A stretch of 64,000 bases of DNA from positions 1 to 64,000 of IMG/VR virus record IMGVR_UViG_3300044644_000945. One strand, 5' to 3'. The position numbers were made by a program, and so were the translations under genes. Source of the stretch: a virus. Shown here piece after piece: positions 20,699 through 30,906 of the stretch (position 1 is the stretch's first letter; each line of letters begins with the position of its first letter). The notes beneath the pieces were generated by a model that saw nothing but the letters and a program-made list of their open reading frames with translations, was not told the origin of the DNA and ran no database searches.

Positions 20699-20720
20699 GA
20701 GGGAGCTTTTACACTCCCTC
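20699..20720 (-). terminator. Hairpin after polB (GTAA-loop family)
   Basis: GAGGGAGT-GTAAAA-GCTCCCTC on minus strand. Confidence 0.55.
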
Positions 20721-20723
20721 TAA

Positions 20724-22703
20724 TTAAAATAATTCTAACTGTTGTCCATAACTACCAGAAGATGGTAGCACTGTAGACAATCTTTCTATCTTGTGTATCT
20801 CATCATATATCTTATCAAGATAATATGCATCATTTACACCATACTCTTCCCATGATTTATACTCAGCTTTGTTAAAAATAGTTTGTTGAATCTTACTACT
20901 TTCTAGCTGAAGTTCTCTACCATCAGGATTACACTTAATAAGCTTTGTACCTCTATCTGACATAAAATATCTGATGAGTTTCTGCAGTCTGTTTTCTACA
21001 AAGACTCCTTCAACTACTCCACGCTCAACAAAATACCAATCACCTTTAAGTTTGGCTCCTGCACAATAATCAAAGATGTTTCTGTTATCTTGAAGAAATT
21101 GTTTAGGATCTATACCATCTATAAAATAAGCATAGAGTGCTTTAGGTACTATTAAGAAAGATTTGTTTTTGTGAAAAGGTAAATCTTTAAATTCAAATCT
21201 ACCTTTACATTTTACCTCACCAGTATCATACACTGCAATGTAGTTATTTACATCACCAATGATCATCTTGTCATATTTTACATATTCTAACTGCAGATTA
21301 GTTAAGGCTTCCCATTCTTTACAGATTTCAAAGAATAAATCTTCAAACTGTTCATCTAATAAAAATTCTAAACCATCTGTATTTTGCATAAGAGGTTGAG
21401 CACCAGGAATTCTGGTAGCTAACATCTCATACAACATAGCTAGTTGTAATTGACCATTAACTGTAATTCTAAAAGTGAGTTCAGGATCATATAAGAAAGA
21501 GTTTCTTTCTTTACTTAAACCATATGTAGAATTTAATATAATCTTAAACAAATAGTTCAGTGGATCTTTTTTGCTATACTTCTTTCTTTCTTCAAAGAAC
21601 CATTCATACAGCTCACAAAAATCCTTTTTAGGAAATTGTGCAGGACCCCACTGATTTCTAATTGCAAGATTTGGATAAAAAGATGTTACATCTGCAGATA
21701 AGATAATCTTACCATTACCAGATTTGTATATCCCAGGTTTAATACAACCATGCAAACCACCTAGACCAAAGTCTGTAGGTACACCTTTGTACATCATTCT
21801 ATATCTAGGTCCTTTTACTTTGTCATCTCTGTCATCATATAATTTAGTATCTACAACCAGATTCTTAAACCAGTTGTGTACACCTTTGAATTCAGGATTA
21901 TCAAAATTGACCATAGGTAAAATAATATCTCTAATGTTTACATAATCTCTGTAAGTGCGCATTGCTCTAATATCTTTTTTACTCTTACCTAATTTCTTAG
22001 ACAAGAAGTACAAAAAGATTTCTTTACTGATACGTGGCTCACTTGCAGAAAACAATGGAACATCATAAGTTTTGCTAAGTTCAGCTCTCAGATTAATCTG
22101 TGCTGCCATAGGTCTTTCACCCTTACCATTTTTATGTACAAAGATTTGCTTGGTAGAATTCACATCATTGACACAATATTTAATTATTGTATCTAATGTT
22201 GCATCATCCATTACAGGTTCAGCATGATGATGAGGCATTTCCTCAACATTGTACCAGTCCATGGAATACTGAATCCATTTAAGAGAACTTCTTTTAGCCA
22301 TGTTATCCCAGTGATTGAGTTTGAATATGTCAATACACTTGATACTTAGCTTAAATTCTGGATAGTCTAAAAACTCTCCTGCATTTGATTTTCTTATTAC
22401 TTCTGCAGCATACTGTGCAATAGAAGCAGTTATCTCATCTGAGTCTAATTCAAGAAGGTCTTTCTCAAAATGTAATATAAACTCAGTAATTTGAGAATCA
22501 AATGCAAGGTTGTTATATCCTAGATGCCAATCATCATGTTGCTTGTTATCTTTCAAGAAAGCTATAAACTTTTTCAAGTCATTTCTACCTCTATTGATTA
22601 CAAATGTATGTGTTTCATTATTGTCATATGCTATGAAACAACCTACAAAACAATTAACAATTGTTTCTAGATCCATAACCCAAAATCTTTTTTTTCTAGT
22701 CAT
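20724..22703 (-). CDS. polB: Family B DNA polymerase
   Basis: ExoI DLET, ExoII YNNLAFD, ExoIII YCVND, motif A DVTSFYP, motif B KIILNSTYG, motif C NTDG. Confidence 0.93.
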   Translation of the reverse strand: MTRKKRFWVMDLETIVNCFVGCFIAYDNNETHTFVINRGRNDLKKFIAFLKDNKQHDDWHLGYNNLAFDSQITEFILHFEKDLLELDSDEITASIAQYAAEVIRKSNAGEFLDYPEFKLSIKCIDIFKLNHWDNMAKRSSLKWIQYSMDWYNVEEMPHHHAEPVMDDATLDTIIKYCVNDVNSTKQIFVHKNGKGERPMAAQINLRAELSKTYDVPLFSASEPRISKEIFLYFLSKKLGKSKKDIRAMRTYRDYVNIRDIILPMVNFDNPEFKGVHNWFKNLVVDTKLYDDRDDKVKGPRYRMMYKGVPTDFGLGGLHGCIKPGIYKSGNGKIILSADVTSFYPNLAIRNQWGPAQFPKKDFCELYEWFFEERKKYSKKDPLNYLFKIILNSTYGLSKERNSFLYDPELTFRITVNGQLQLAMLYEMLATRIPGAQPLMQNTDGLEFLLDEQFEDLFFEICKEWEALTNLQLEYVKYDKMIIGDVNNYIAVYDTGEVKCKGRFEFKDLPFHKNKSFLIVPKALYAYFIDGIDPKQFLQDNRNIFDYCAGAKLKGDWYFVERGVVEGVFVENRLQKLIRYFMSDRGTKLIKCNPDGRELQLESSKIQQTIFNKAEYKSWEEYGVNDAYYLDKIYDEIHKIERLSTVLPSSGSYGQQLELF

Positions 22704-23253
22704 GTTTTTTTAAATAATTTATAGCAGAAATTAATATAGATTCTGATTCTTTTAAATATCCAATAGCTCTATTACAAGCATCGCATAATAATCCTCTTAC
22801 TATACCTGTAGAATGATTATGATCAACTGCTAAATTTCTTTTTAAATCATCAGTATGTGTTAAACAAATAGCACATTTGTTATTTTGATTTTCTAATAAT
22901 TCAATATATTTATCATATGTCATATCTAAGATTCCTGCTTGTTTCCAGGCAGCCTCACGACTTTTTTGTTGATAGTGAGTTAAATTTTTTATTCTGGTAT
23001 TTTTTGCATTTAATCTGTATTTTTCAGGATTTAATGTTCTTAATTCCTTTCTTCTTTGACTAATTGCTTCTTTACGTTTTTGATAACTGTTAACAGCATG
23101 CATTTTAGCTTTATCATTGTTATTAATTAGCCAATTTGCATGCATAATATCAGCACATGTTTTACAAACATGCTTTAAACCATCTTTTCTAGATAAATCT
23201 TTAGTAAAGTTATCTAAAGTTTTTAATTCTTTACACTTGTTACACTTTTTCAT
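22696..23253 (-). CDS. Endonuclease VII-type (HNH) probable homing endonuclease
   Basis: CAIC...LAVDHNH.TG.VRGLLC..CN..IG; N-terminal CxxC...CxxC. Confidence 0.85.
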   Translation of the reverse strand: MKKCNKCKELKTLDNFTKDLSRKDGLKHVCKTCADIMHANWLINNNDKAKMHAVNSYQKRKEAISQRRKELRTLNPEKYRLNAKNTRIKNLTHYQQKSREAAWKQAGILDMTYDKYIELLENQNNKCAICLTHTDDLKRNLAVDHNHSTGIVRGLLCDACNRAIGYLKESESILISAINYLKKHD

Positions 23254-23304
23254 ATCATTTATTGTTTATATAAACAATGTAATAAATAAAAATGTATTGT
23301 GCAA

Positions 23305-23364
23305 CTATAAATTATTAAAAATAATGGTTTCATAATCCATTATCCAGAACTTCTTATCTCTCAT
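23305..23364 (-). pseudogene. Orphan 5' stub of polB (MRDKKFWIMDYETIIFNNL*)
   Basis: Aligns to PolB N-terminus MTRKKRFWVMDLETIV including the ExoI DxE motif. Confidence 0.75.
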
Positions 23365-23365
23365 C

Positions 23366-23734
23366 TTATTTATCTAATACTTTTAATGAAGGATGTTTAC
23401 TATTATTTGCAAAATAATCTACAAATTCTCTGATATCTTCAGGTGTATCAATGTAATACTCATAGTAAGTATCCATGATTACACGCTGTTCAGCAAGAGG
23501 TGGTTTACCATCTTCAGTAGCTGGTACACCTTTCTTAATAATTACACTTCCTTTTTCATCAAGTCTAGGAAACATATGAGGCTTATCTTTACTCTCTTTA
23601 CTAACAATAGCTAATACTTTTGTTGTAGGATCATAGATTACCTCATTAAATGGACATTTTAAATCAATTGGTAACATTCTAAATGTTTTGTTACCATGCC
23701 AGTCTGTGTTATAGACAAACATACTTTGTTGCAT
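23366..23734 (-). CDS. Hypothetical replication-block protein
   Basis: 122-aa ORF in operon. Confidence 0.6.
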   Translation of the reverse strand: MQQSMFVYNTDWHGNKTFRMLPIDLKCPFNEVIYDPTTKVLAIVSKESKDKPHMFPRLDEKGSVIIKKGVPATEDGKPPLAEQRVIMDTYYEYYIDTPEDIREFVDYFANNSKHPSLKVLDK

Positions 23735-23746
23735 ACTTTTTGGTTT

Positions 23747-24298
23747 TTATATTAAATTAATTTCTGGATGAATTAAGTAACATGTTTCCTTTTCAGGATC
23801 ATATTTATCACATAATTCTCCAACTTTTATTAGTTCTTTTACATCTATTTCTAATATCTCAGCATACTTATCAAAATAAGCTTCAGGAAAGACATAAGAC
23901 TCCACAAAAACCCATTCTGGTGTATGTATACCATAATAGTCAGTTAATAGCTGTTTAGAGCGTGTAGACATCTTTGAATATTTACCATTTATAAAATGAT
24001 CATAATCATCTTTAAAAATGTTAAAATCAAAAACATATAGTACACTGTCTTTGTCAATTGGTAAACAATAATCTAACATGTAGTGTGTTACCAAATGTTC
24101 TCTTTCAAATGTTTTCCATTCTTCAGAATCATCTCTCTTATATACACAAACAAGCTTTCTAGAATCTTTATCAAACACACCTTCCCACATAACATATGTT
24201 TGTATAGGTTTGTGCTTATTTCTCTTCTTAAATCCTAGTAAAGGATATAGAAAAGTAAAAGACTTTTGAAAGTATTTGCGATACAAATCATTCATCAT
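23747..24298 (-). CDS. Hypothetical replication-block protein
   Basis: 183-aa ORF in operon. Confidence 0.6.
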   Translation of the reverse strand: MMNDLYRKYFQKSFTFLYPLLGFKKRNKHKPIQTYVMWEGVFDKDSRKLVCVYKRDDSEEWKTFEREHLVTHYMLDYCLPIDKDSVLYVFDFNIFKDDYDHFINGKYSKMSTRSKQLLTDYYGIHTPEWVFVESYVFPEAYFDKYAEILEIDVKELIKVGELCDKYDPEKETCYLIHPEINLI

Positions 24299-25335
24299 AT
24301 TACAAGTTCATTGTGAATTAAAAATGGGTATGGTAAATCAAAATTTCTATTCTCAAAATGATAGATTGCTTCATGAAGTTTAGAGTTTGTATCTCTAATC
24401 CACATTTTTAGAGTATCAGCAGATATTTTGATTGCTCCAACTTGCATGTATTGATCTATAACAATGAATCTAAATTCAAAATCATAGTCAGCATATTTTG
24501 GACTATCCAAATATACACTTTTTACTAATATATAATACATTGAAGCTTGAATCCAGTATCTATAATACTCAATTGTGTCTTGAAAAGAATTAATATCTTT
24601 ACTAGTTTTCTTTAAGTCATTGACTCTGATTACTTTATTAGTATGATCAAACACAAGATTGTCAATAAAACCTCTTAAACCAAATGGTAATTTCTCTGGA
24701 AAAGCAGCAAGCTCAACCTCATTAAACATCTCAACTTCATCAGTAATTTTATCTTTGGTGTAACCCATAATCTTCATTACATGGTCAGAAGCTTTAATAA
24801 TTTCTACTACATCTTTAGCATTGTCATACATTGCATGATCAACCTTAGTTTTACCTTCACAGTTTTGCATATATTCCCAATAACTTCTATGGTCATCAGT
24901 AAGTATTTTATCAATACGCTGTTGATCAGTCTTTAAAGTCTGATACAAGTTCATGTCTACTAAAATATCTAATATAGCATGTTCAAAATGCTCTAGTAGA
25001 TATCTAGGATCACCCATTGCTTTAAGTTCTGAGTAATGAACAAAAAGTCTTTCTAGTACTTCTTTTGGATTTGCACTAGGAACACTAGTTGCCATTAGCA
25101 CAAACTCTTTATCAAAGTCATCAGGATTTAAGAATAAGCAGTGTATCAGCTTACCTTCAATCATGTTCTTGTCAGATGTGTCATCTTTTTGCCCTAATAT
25201 ATAGTGCAAATAAAATAGTTTAGGACTGTACAATAACTTATTCAAACCTGAATAAGACATCATAAATGTTTTGTCAAAAAATTCTTCTTGTTTTTGCAGC
25301 ATTTCTGCTTGCGTTGGCATTTTAAATACTTTCAT
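24295..25335 (-). CDS. PD-(D/E)xK exonuclease (RecB/ExoVIII-like)
   Basis: SYSGL, G.LIH, RGFIDNL...NDLKKT, Y.Y.IQA.MY. Confidence 0.8.
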   Translation of the reverse strand: MKVFKMPTQAEMLQKQEEFFDKTFMMSYSGLNKLLYSPKLFYLHYILGQKDDTSDKNMIEGKLIHCLFLNPDDFDKEFVLMATSVPSANPKEVLERLFVHYSELKAMGDPRYLLEHFEHAILDILVDMNLYQTLKTDQQRIDKILTDDHRSYWEYMQNCEGKTKVDHAMYDNAKDVVEIIKASDHVMKIMGYTKDKITDEVEMFNEVELAAFPEKLPFGLRGFIDNLVFDHTNKVIRVNDLKKTSKDINSFQDTIEYYRYWIQASMYYILVKSVYLDSPKYADYDFEFRFIVIDQYMQVGAIKISADTLKMWIRDTNSKLHEAIYHFENRNFDLPYPFLIHNELVI

Positions 25336-25789
25336 TTTTACAATTTTGCATATCTCTTAGAAAATATCTTCCTAATATATTACCATTATAACTATTGCTG
25401 GTCAGCACATCAGCTTTAATTTGATGTGCCAACTCACAATAGTTGAGGTATTTTTTAGTACAACATAATTCTAAAATCTCTCTTTTATACATTAATTTTC
25501 CTTCTGTTTTAATCTCTGCAGTAAGTTCTTTACAACTACCATAGTAATCTAACCAGTTGGACTCTTTAGAAACTCTTTTGATTTTCTTTCTAGTACCTGT
25601 TTCTAACTTTTCTTTTTTTGTAACTGCAGTCTTTTTGGTAAACTGCAAACTTTTTTTGCCAATGTAAAATTTACCTGTTTTAATGTGGGTAATTCTGTAT
25701 ACAAAACCTATAAGGTTCTGATAATCAGGCAGATCTTCAATTTGTGTAATTACTTTGTTCTTACATGAAGGTAGTATCCAATTGCTCAT
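25322..25789 (-). CDS. GIY-YIG endonuclease
   Basis: GFVYRIT...GKFYIGKK...YYGS...YN. Confidence 0.8.
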   Translation of the reverse strand: MSNWILPSCKNKVITQIEDLPDYQNLIGFVYRITHIKTGKFYIGKKSLQFTKKTAVTKKEKLETGTRKKIKRVSKESNWLDYYGSCKELTAEIKTEGKLMYKREILELCCTKKYLNYCELAHQIKADVLTSNSYNGNILGRYFLRDMQNCKNESI

Positions 25790-25810
25790 AATGAAATGTT
25801 TGTAACAAAA

Positions 25811-26821
25811 CTACAAAATAATTTCATTTAAAACATTATACTTTGCAACTGCTTTATCTAAAACAGGAATAAAAATATATGCAGCTTTTTTTATACCATG
25901 GTCTTTTACCATATCACTAAAATCTTTACTTAGTGGTATGTAACAGAATGGTATATTAAACCTATCTAAATAGTACTGCATGCTATCAATACCTGCTTTG
26001 TCACTGTCCATATAAGTAACAACAGCTTTATACTCTAATTTGAATCTATTGATTATCTTATCAGAAAGTTTTGTATTCTCACTATCAGGAGCTATTACAT
26101 CTACATCTAGTCCAGGAATACTTTTGATTGCCATACAATCTTTTAAAGAAGATGTGATTATTAAAAACTTTTTACCTTCTATTTGGTCAATACCTTGAAC
26201 ATGTTGTCCAAGTTTCAAAAACTTCTTTTTGCTATTTATTGGCTGATACAGTTTATACAGTTCATTATTACTATTAAAGTAACCATATACATTCTCTTTT
26301 GCTACAGTAAATAATTCATCAACAAGATCATCATCTATTTTTTTACACATAGTGTAACTAGCAATAGGAACAACATTGTACTTGTTTAGTAAATCACTTC
26401 CTATATTATACTGTAACCAATATTTAGCATCATTTGTGTTCCATTCTCTTGTTATGTAATCTGATACAATCCATTGAGATATTTGAAAATCTTTTTTAGG
26501 AATAGTTTTGCCACCATTTAAGTAATCACTATAATCTTTCATTATAGTATTTATGGTATATGCATAATCTTTTTTCCATATGTGCATCATTAACTCAATA
26601 GCTGAACCACCTTTACCTGTAGAAAAACACTTGTACTTATACTGACCACCTTCTTCATAATAATATATATACATAGAAGGAGTTTTTTCATCAGGATTAA
26701 ATACACTATGAATTCTTACTCTTTGACCTCTAAGAGGTTCTGGTAATTGCAAATAGTTTTCAAATATCCAGTCACTTGGAACTTCTTTGATATCACATAC
26801 AAAATTCTTTAAACTAAACAT
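25811..26821 (-). CDS. DNA primase
   Basis: S.F..DEKTPS N-terminal domain; TOPRIM-like ITSSLKD and YMDSD.AG. Confidence 0.8.
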   Translation of the reverse strand: MFSLKNFVCDIKEVPSDWIFENYLQLPEPLRGQRVRIHSVFNPDEKTPSMYIYYYEEGGQYKYKCFSTGKGGSAIELMMHIWKKDYAYTINTIMKDYSDYLNGGKTIPKKDFQISQWIVSDYITREWNTNDAKYWLQYNIGSDLLNKYNVVPIASYTMCKKIDDDLVDELFTVAKENVYGYFNSNNELYKLYQPINSKKKFLKLGQHVQGIDQIEGKKFLIITSSLKDCMAIKSIPGLDVDVIAPDSENTKLSDKIINRFKLEYKAVVTYMDSDKAGIDSMQYYLDRFNIPFCYIPLSKDFSDMVKDHGIKKAAYIFIPVLDKAVAKYNVLNEIIL

Positions 26822-26842
26822 AACTTGTTGGTTTTAAATGAA

Positions 26843-26867
26843 AAGGGTAGACATTACATCTACCCTT
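26843..26867 (-). terminator. Terminator hairpin (GTAA-loop family)
   Basis: AAGGGTAGAT-GTAAT-GTCTACCCTT followed by T run on minus strand. Confidence 0.65.
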
Positions 26868-26893
26868 ATCTTAAAAAATAAAACACATTTTAA

Positions 26894-27625
26894 TTATGGA
26901 AGCTGTAAGTCATTTATATTATTTTCAAATACAGGAGCTGAAAATACTTCAGAAGCTGGAGCAAAACCTGCTGTTAATGATTCATTACCATCTGTTTGAG
27001 GAGTTTCTGCTGTCTTTTTAAGAACAATATGCGCATCTTCATTGAATGGAATTAACTTAGCATCATCTGCAGTGTTTGCATATGCAAATTTACCCTCAGT
27101 TCTTTTTGGTAAATATAATGCATAACTTGGATATTCAGAACCTTCTTTGAAATATTTTTGTGCAGCAATTGTAAAATAGATTTTATAACCACCTTTAATA
27201 AGAAAAGCTCTTACCTCAGCTACAAGATCTTCAATAGTTGGTGCATCAATGTTCATACCTTGAAATTGATCTAACAAGTTCAATTGTTTTAAGAATGTAC
27301 CTAAGAAATTTGTAATTGACTCATCTCTTGTGATAGTCTTACCTTTGTATTCCCAGTCTTTAAAGCCATATTGATTAGCTTTTACATTACTAGTTTGACC
27401 TTTATAGTTACCTTTAGAAGGATCTAATCTATTGATTTGAAAACCTTCAAAATCATCACCTAACTCAGGACCCATTAAGCTAAATATCAAGTTGTATTGA
27501 TTTGCATCATAAGGAGGTCTTTCTAATTTCAGATCTAATACTGTACATTGGTGTGTACCTGGTTGTAAACCTTTTTGAACATATGTACTTTCTGCTGCTG
27601 TAAAATTGTTTAAACTAAAACTCAT
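26894..27625 (-). CDS. Probable single-stranded DNA-binding protein
   Basis: Follows AAA ATPase; PG.H N-terminus; disordered tail ending DLQLP. Confidence 0.5.
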   Translation of the reverse strand: MSFSLNNFTAAESTYVQKGLQPGTHQCTVLDLKLERPPYDANQYNLIFSLMGPELGDDFEGFQINRLDPSKGNYKGQTSNVKANQYGFKDWEYKGKTITRDESITNFLGTFLKQLNLLDQFQGMNIDAPTIEDLVAEVRAFLIKGGYKIYFTIAAQKYFKEGSEYPSYALYLPKRTEGKFAYANTADDAKLIPFNEDAHIVLKKTAETPQTDGNESLTAGFAPASEVFSAPVFENNINDLQLP

Positions 27626-27650
27626 TTTTTCTAATTTTTAATGTTATTAA

Positions 27651-28442
27651 TTAATCTATAAATACTTGATCCCAGTGTGTTGTTACTGTTCCATCTTCTG
27701 CAATTTCAGAGATAACAATCTCTTTATTTCTCAGATGTTCTGGTCTTGCACCACATAGGATATCATCTTGTGTCTTAAAACTCAAGATATTTTTGTTACC
27801 TTTTCTCACTAAGTATCCAATAGCATCTGCTTTGGATGTAGTGAATATTTTTAACTTGCCTGTAAGATTTAAATCTAAAGCTTCAAAGCTGTTACCATTT
27901 TTCTCTAACATAGTGTCTTTTACGTGACCTAGTAAGATTAAATGAGGTGTAAGTGCTTTAAATCTTTTGATAATATCTTCAAAAGCTTGTCTTAACCATG
28001 GATATCCAGCACCATTTGCCATATTAAGGATGGTTCCATGTTTAGCTTTACCACCTGTTGTGGCTGTAAACCAGTTTGCACCCATAGGAGATTTTGAATA
28101 CAAAAACTCTGCATAAGATACACACATGTTTTCTAAAGCTGATATTGTGTCAATAGCAATATACTTGTATGGCTTACCAGCATTTATAATTGCCTGTTCA
28201 AGATTGAACAAATCTTGTATAGTAGTAATTTTAATCTTTACTGCTGATACATAGTCAGAACCATCTTCTAAGTCAATCAATAAACTATCTTTCAGTTGTG
28301 ACAACAATGTTGTTTTACCTACTTTAGGTTTACTAAAGATTACAAGATTTTTAGGACTTTTTGTAACTGCTCCTACTATACCAGTAGGTAATGAAATACC
28401 TGGTACTACAGCTGTCTCTGCTGTCTTTTTTACTTCTGCCAT
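27651..28442 (-). CDS. AAA_24 / Sak4-like P-loop ATPase
   Basis: SKPKVGKTT, IDLEDGS, IAIDTI, LLGH. Confidence 0.8.
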   Translation of the reverse strand: MAEVKKTAETAVVPGISLPTGIVGAVTKSPKNLVIFSKPKVGKTTLLSQLKDSLLIDLEDGSDYVSAVKIKITTIQDLFNLEQAIINAGKPYKYIAIDTISALENMCVSYAEFLYSKSPMGANWFTATTGGKAKHGTILNMANGAGYPWLRQAFEDIIKRFKALTPHLILLGHVKDTMLEKNGNSFEALDLNLTGKLKIFTTSKADAIGYLVRKGNKNILSFKTQDDILCGARPEHLRNKEIVISEIAEDGTVTTHWDQVFID

Positions 28443-29077
28443 TTTTTACCTTCTTCAATTAAAGTATTTAACCATTTTTTATTTGATAAGGGCACTTTGT
28501 TCACAATACAATAGATATCTCTAATTGTCATTTGTGCATAGTGATTATCTTCTTTTTCTGTAAAAGGTTCTTCTTCTAAAGAATCAAAATCAACTGTATC
28601 AAGGTTTAAGTCTAAACTTTGTTGTGGTGTTGATGTTTTTGTCATTTCTGGATAAGCTGTCTCAATCTTATTTCTACTAATTAGCTCTAATTCTGTCAAT
28701 CTTACAGAGTATGTAGGTGCAGGTAAAGGAGTGCCATCATTTCTATGTGTTACTTCTACACTGAAGTTAGGAATACTTCTCCAATCAGGTCTGTTTTTCA
28801 TTTTGTATAGGTTTCTATAACCTTCTTCATAAGGTTTATCAAACCAATCAAATAGTTCAACAAATACATCCTGATTTTTTGAAATTTCACTTGCATAAAA
28901 TCTAATACACTCTGATTTTTTACCATCAACTCCTTCAAACTCACTACCTTGGTAGCATAGTTTAGCATAGAATAATGGATTCTCAATTCCTGAATCTGCA
29001 AATAGTTGTTCCCAGTAAGGTTTAAACTCTGCTGTAATTACATTAATGTGCTTCTTTTTTCTTAATAGTTCTGCCAT
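28430..29077 (-). CDS. Hypothetical protein
   Basis: 215-aa ORF in operon. Confidence 0.6.
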   Translation of the reverse strand: MAELLRKKKHINVITAEFKPYWEQLFADSGIENPLFYAKLCYQGSEFEGVDGKKSECIRFYASEISKNQDVFVELFDWFDKPYEEGYRNLYKMKNRPDWRSIPNFSVEVTHRNDGTPLPAPTYSVRLTELELISRNKIETAYPEMTKTSTPQQSLDLNLDTVDFDSLEEEPFTEKEDNHYAQMTIRDIYCIVNKVPLSNKKWLNTLIEEGKKWQK

Positions 29078-29094
29078 CTTTAACTAATTTAAAT

Positions 29095-30078
29095 TTATAT
29101 TACTTTTCTAATTATTCTACAGGTTGGTTCTATAGCTTCTTCAACAAGCATTTGAGCATAGTTTGCTCTATACCATTGAATGCCTACTTCACCATACCTG
29201 TTTTTTAATACATGCATTGCCAAAAGATATTTATCACTTGGTCCAATTACATACTGTGTTGGTCCATAGTACATCAGATTATACTTTGCAGGTCTGTTAT
29301 AAGCAATCATAACATCAGCACATTGTAATAAACTGTCACTACCATAAACATCTTTTTCTGTAGGGTAATTTCCTTGTTGCCCTGGTTTTTGTCTTTCAGC
29401 ATCATCTATCTCTCTATTCAACTGAGTCAGTATAAGAAATACAACAGGTAACTTATTTTTCATCTCTGCTAACATAACAGCAAGATTATTTAAAGTTTCT
29501 TGTTTGTTTTTCTCACTACCACTTTGTTTTATCAAAAGAGTGTGATCTAGTGTTACAACAAATGGTTTCCCAACCTTTTTGTAAAACTGCATTAATGCTG
29601 ATTGCATTTCATTAACAGTAAGAGCTTTGTCAATAATGAACTCTTCTCTGCCTTTGTTTGCGTGTGCATACGCTTTCAACTTGTCAAAATCTGATTTAGA
29701 CAATGGAGGCATTCCATCATCTTTAGCAGATTGAAGGTATCTAATATTCATGTTGTTTGCAGATGAGAACTCACGTAGTGCCATGTTCCTACCTAGCATC
29801 TCAAACTGAAAATGTAAAGTTGCAAAATCCTGCTCAGGATTTAAGTTCTGTAGCTCTCTTGTTAAGGAGCTTGCTATCAATGTTTTACCAACACCAGGTC
29901 TTGCACCAATTACATACAAAGAATTCCATTCTATACCATTAAGTCCAATAGCATTAAACTGTTTCCATTGAGTCTTTAATGATTTAGAATGCCCTGTTGC
30001 TCTATTATGAATATAGACCAAACCTTCATTCATTACGTCATAGTAATGTTTCCATAAATCTGTGCTAGTTGCACTCAT
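29095..30078 (-). CDS. dnaB: DnaB-like replicative helicase
   Basis: GARPGVGKT, FEM, LDH, LTQLNR, GS..LLQCAD, KNRYG. Confidence 0.9.
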   Translation of the reverse strand: MSATSTDLWKHYYDVMNEGLVYIHNRATGHSKSLKTQWKQFNAIGLNGIEWNSLYVIGARPGVGKTLIASSLTRELQNLNPEQDFATLHFQFEMLGRNMALREFSSANNMNIRYLQSAKDDGMPPLSKSDFDKLKAYAHANKGREEFIIDKALTVNEMQSALMQFYKKVGKPFVVTLDHTLLIKQSGSEKNKQETLNNLAVMLAEMKNKLPVVFLILTQLNREIDDAERQKPGQQGNYPTEKDVYGSDSLLQCADVMIAYNRPAKYNLMYYGPTQYVIGPSDKYLLAMHVLKNRYGEVGIQWYRANYAQMLVEEAIEPTCRIIRKVI

Positions 30079-30134
30079 AAATGTTTGCGATTTAGATTGT
30101 AAAAATACTAAACTTTTGAGAGTTAAACAAATTT

Positions 30135-30872
30135 TTACCAGATTATTTCAGGTAATTTTTTTTGTTCTTTAAGATGTTGATTTACAGCATTGAATATATT
30201 ATTACAATCCCAACTAGCAGATTTTGCATATGCTGCTGAGGCAGGATGTGAACACTGGAGAAGTAAAGTGTTATTTAATATACCATCTACTAAATCTTCA
30301 TAATGTTGTGCTTTTTTACCCATGAACACCCACACATAGTCGTTGTAGGAAGCATTCAACATGTCTACTAAATATGCAATAAAAGGTTGCCAAATGTCAA
30401 GATGTTTGCCAATCTTATTGATTTCAGTAGTAAGTGCAGTGTTGAGTAATAAAACACCTTGATTTGACCAGCGTCTCAAATCTGGATCAAATGTCTTTAC
30501 ATCTTTTTTGCCTTGGTACACTGTGTCATTAACAGCATGTAACATATAGCGCAAAGATAATTCTGGTTTTTTTGTATTTCCACAAGAAAATGCTATACCA
30601 TCAGCTACACCTAATTGAGGATAAGGATCTTGTCCTAGCATTATTACTCTTGTTTTATCATATGGACATTCCATAAATGCATTAAACACTTGTTTAAGAG
30701 GTGGTGTAAATCTTTGATTTTCAGCCACACACTTTTCTAGTGTTGTCATTATTGTCACAAAATCTTCTGATAAAAGAAAACCTTTTAATACATCATGCCA
30801 ACCAGATGGCTTGAGCATCTCATATAATTTTCTTGCATATTCTTCTGATGTAGTTTTTTGTATGTTAGACAT
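30135..30872 (-). CDS. ung: Uracil-DNA glycosylase (family 1)
   Basis: GQDPY, G.AFS, QGVLLLN.ALT, HPAS. Confidence 0.92.
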   Translation of the reverse strand: MSNIQKTTSEEYARKLYEMLKPSGWHDVLKGFLLSEDFVTIMTTLEKCVAENQRFTPPLKQVFNAFMECPYDKTRVIMLGQDPYPQLGVADGIAFSCGNTKKPELSLRYMLHAVNDTVYQGKKDVKTFDPDLRRWSNQGVLLLNTALTTEINKIGKHLDIWQPFIAYLVDMLNASYNDYVWVFMGKKAQHYEDLVDGILNNTLLLQCSHPASAAYAKSASWDCNNIFNAVNQHLKEQKKLPEIIW

Positions 30873-30887
30873 TTTGTTATATATTTG
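30857..30887 (+). promoter_or_regulatory. Bacteroidetes-type primary sigma promoter
   Basis: TTTG (30857)-19 nt-TATATTTG (30880) upstream of isolated + ORF. Confidence 0.6.
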
Positions 30888-30906
30888 TTACTTAAAAATA
30901 TTAATT

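Noticed and set aside
22696-23364. Group I intron or intein in polB
   Set aside because: No recognisable group I core or intein termini; the downstream polB has its own complete N-terminus, so splicing is unnecessary
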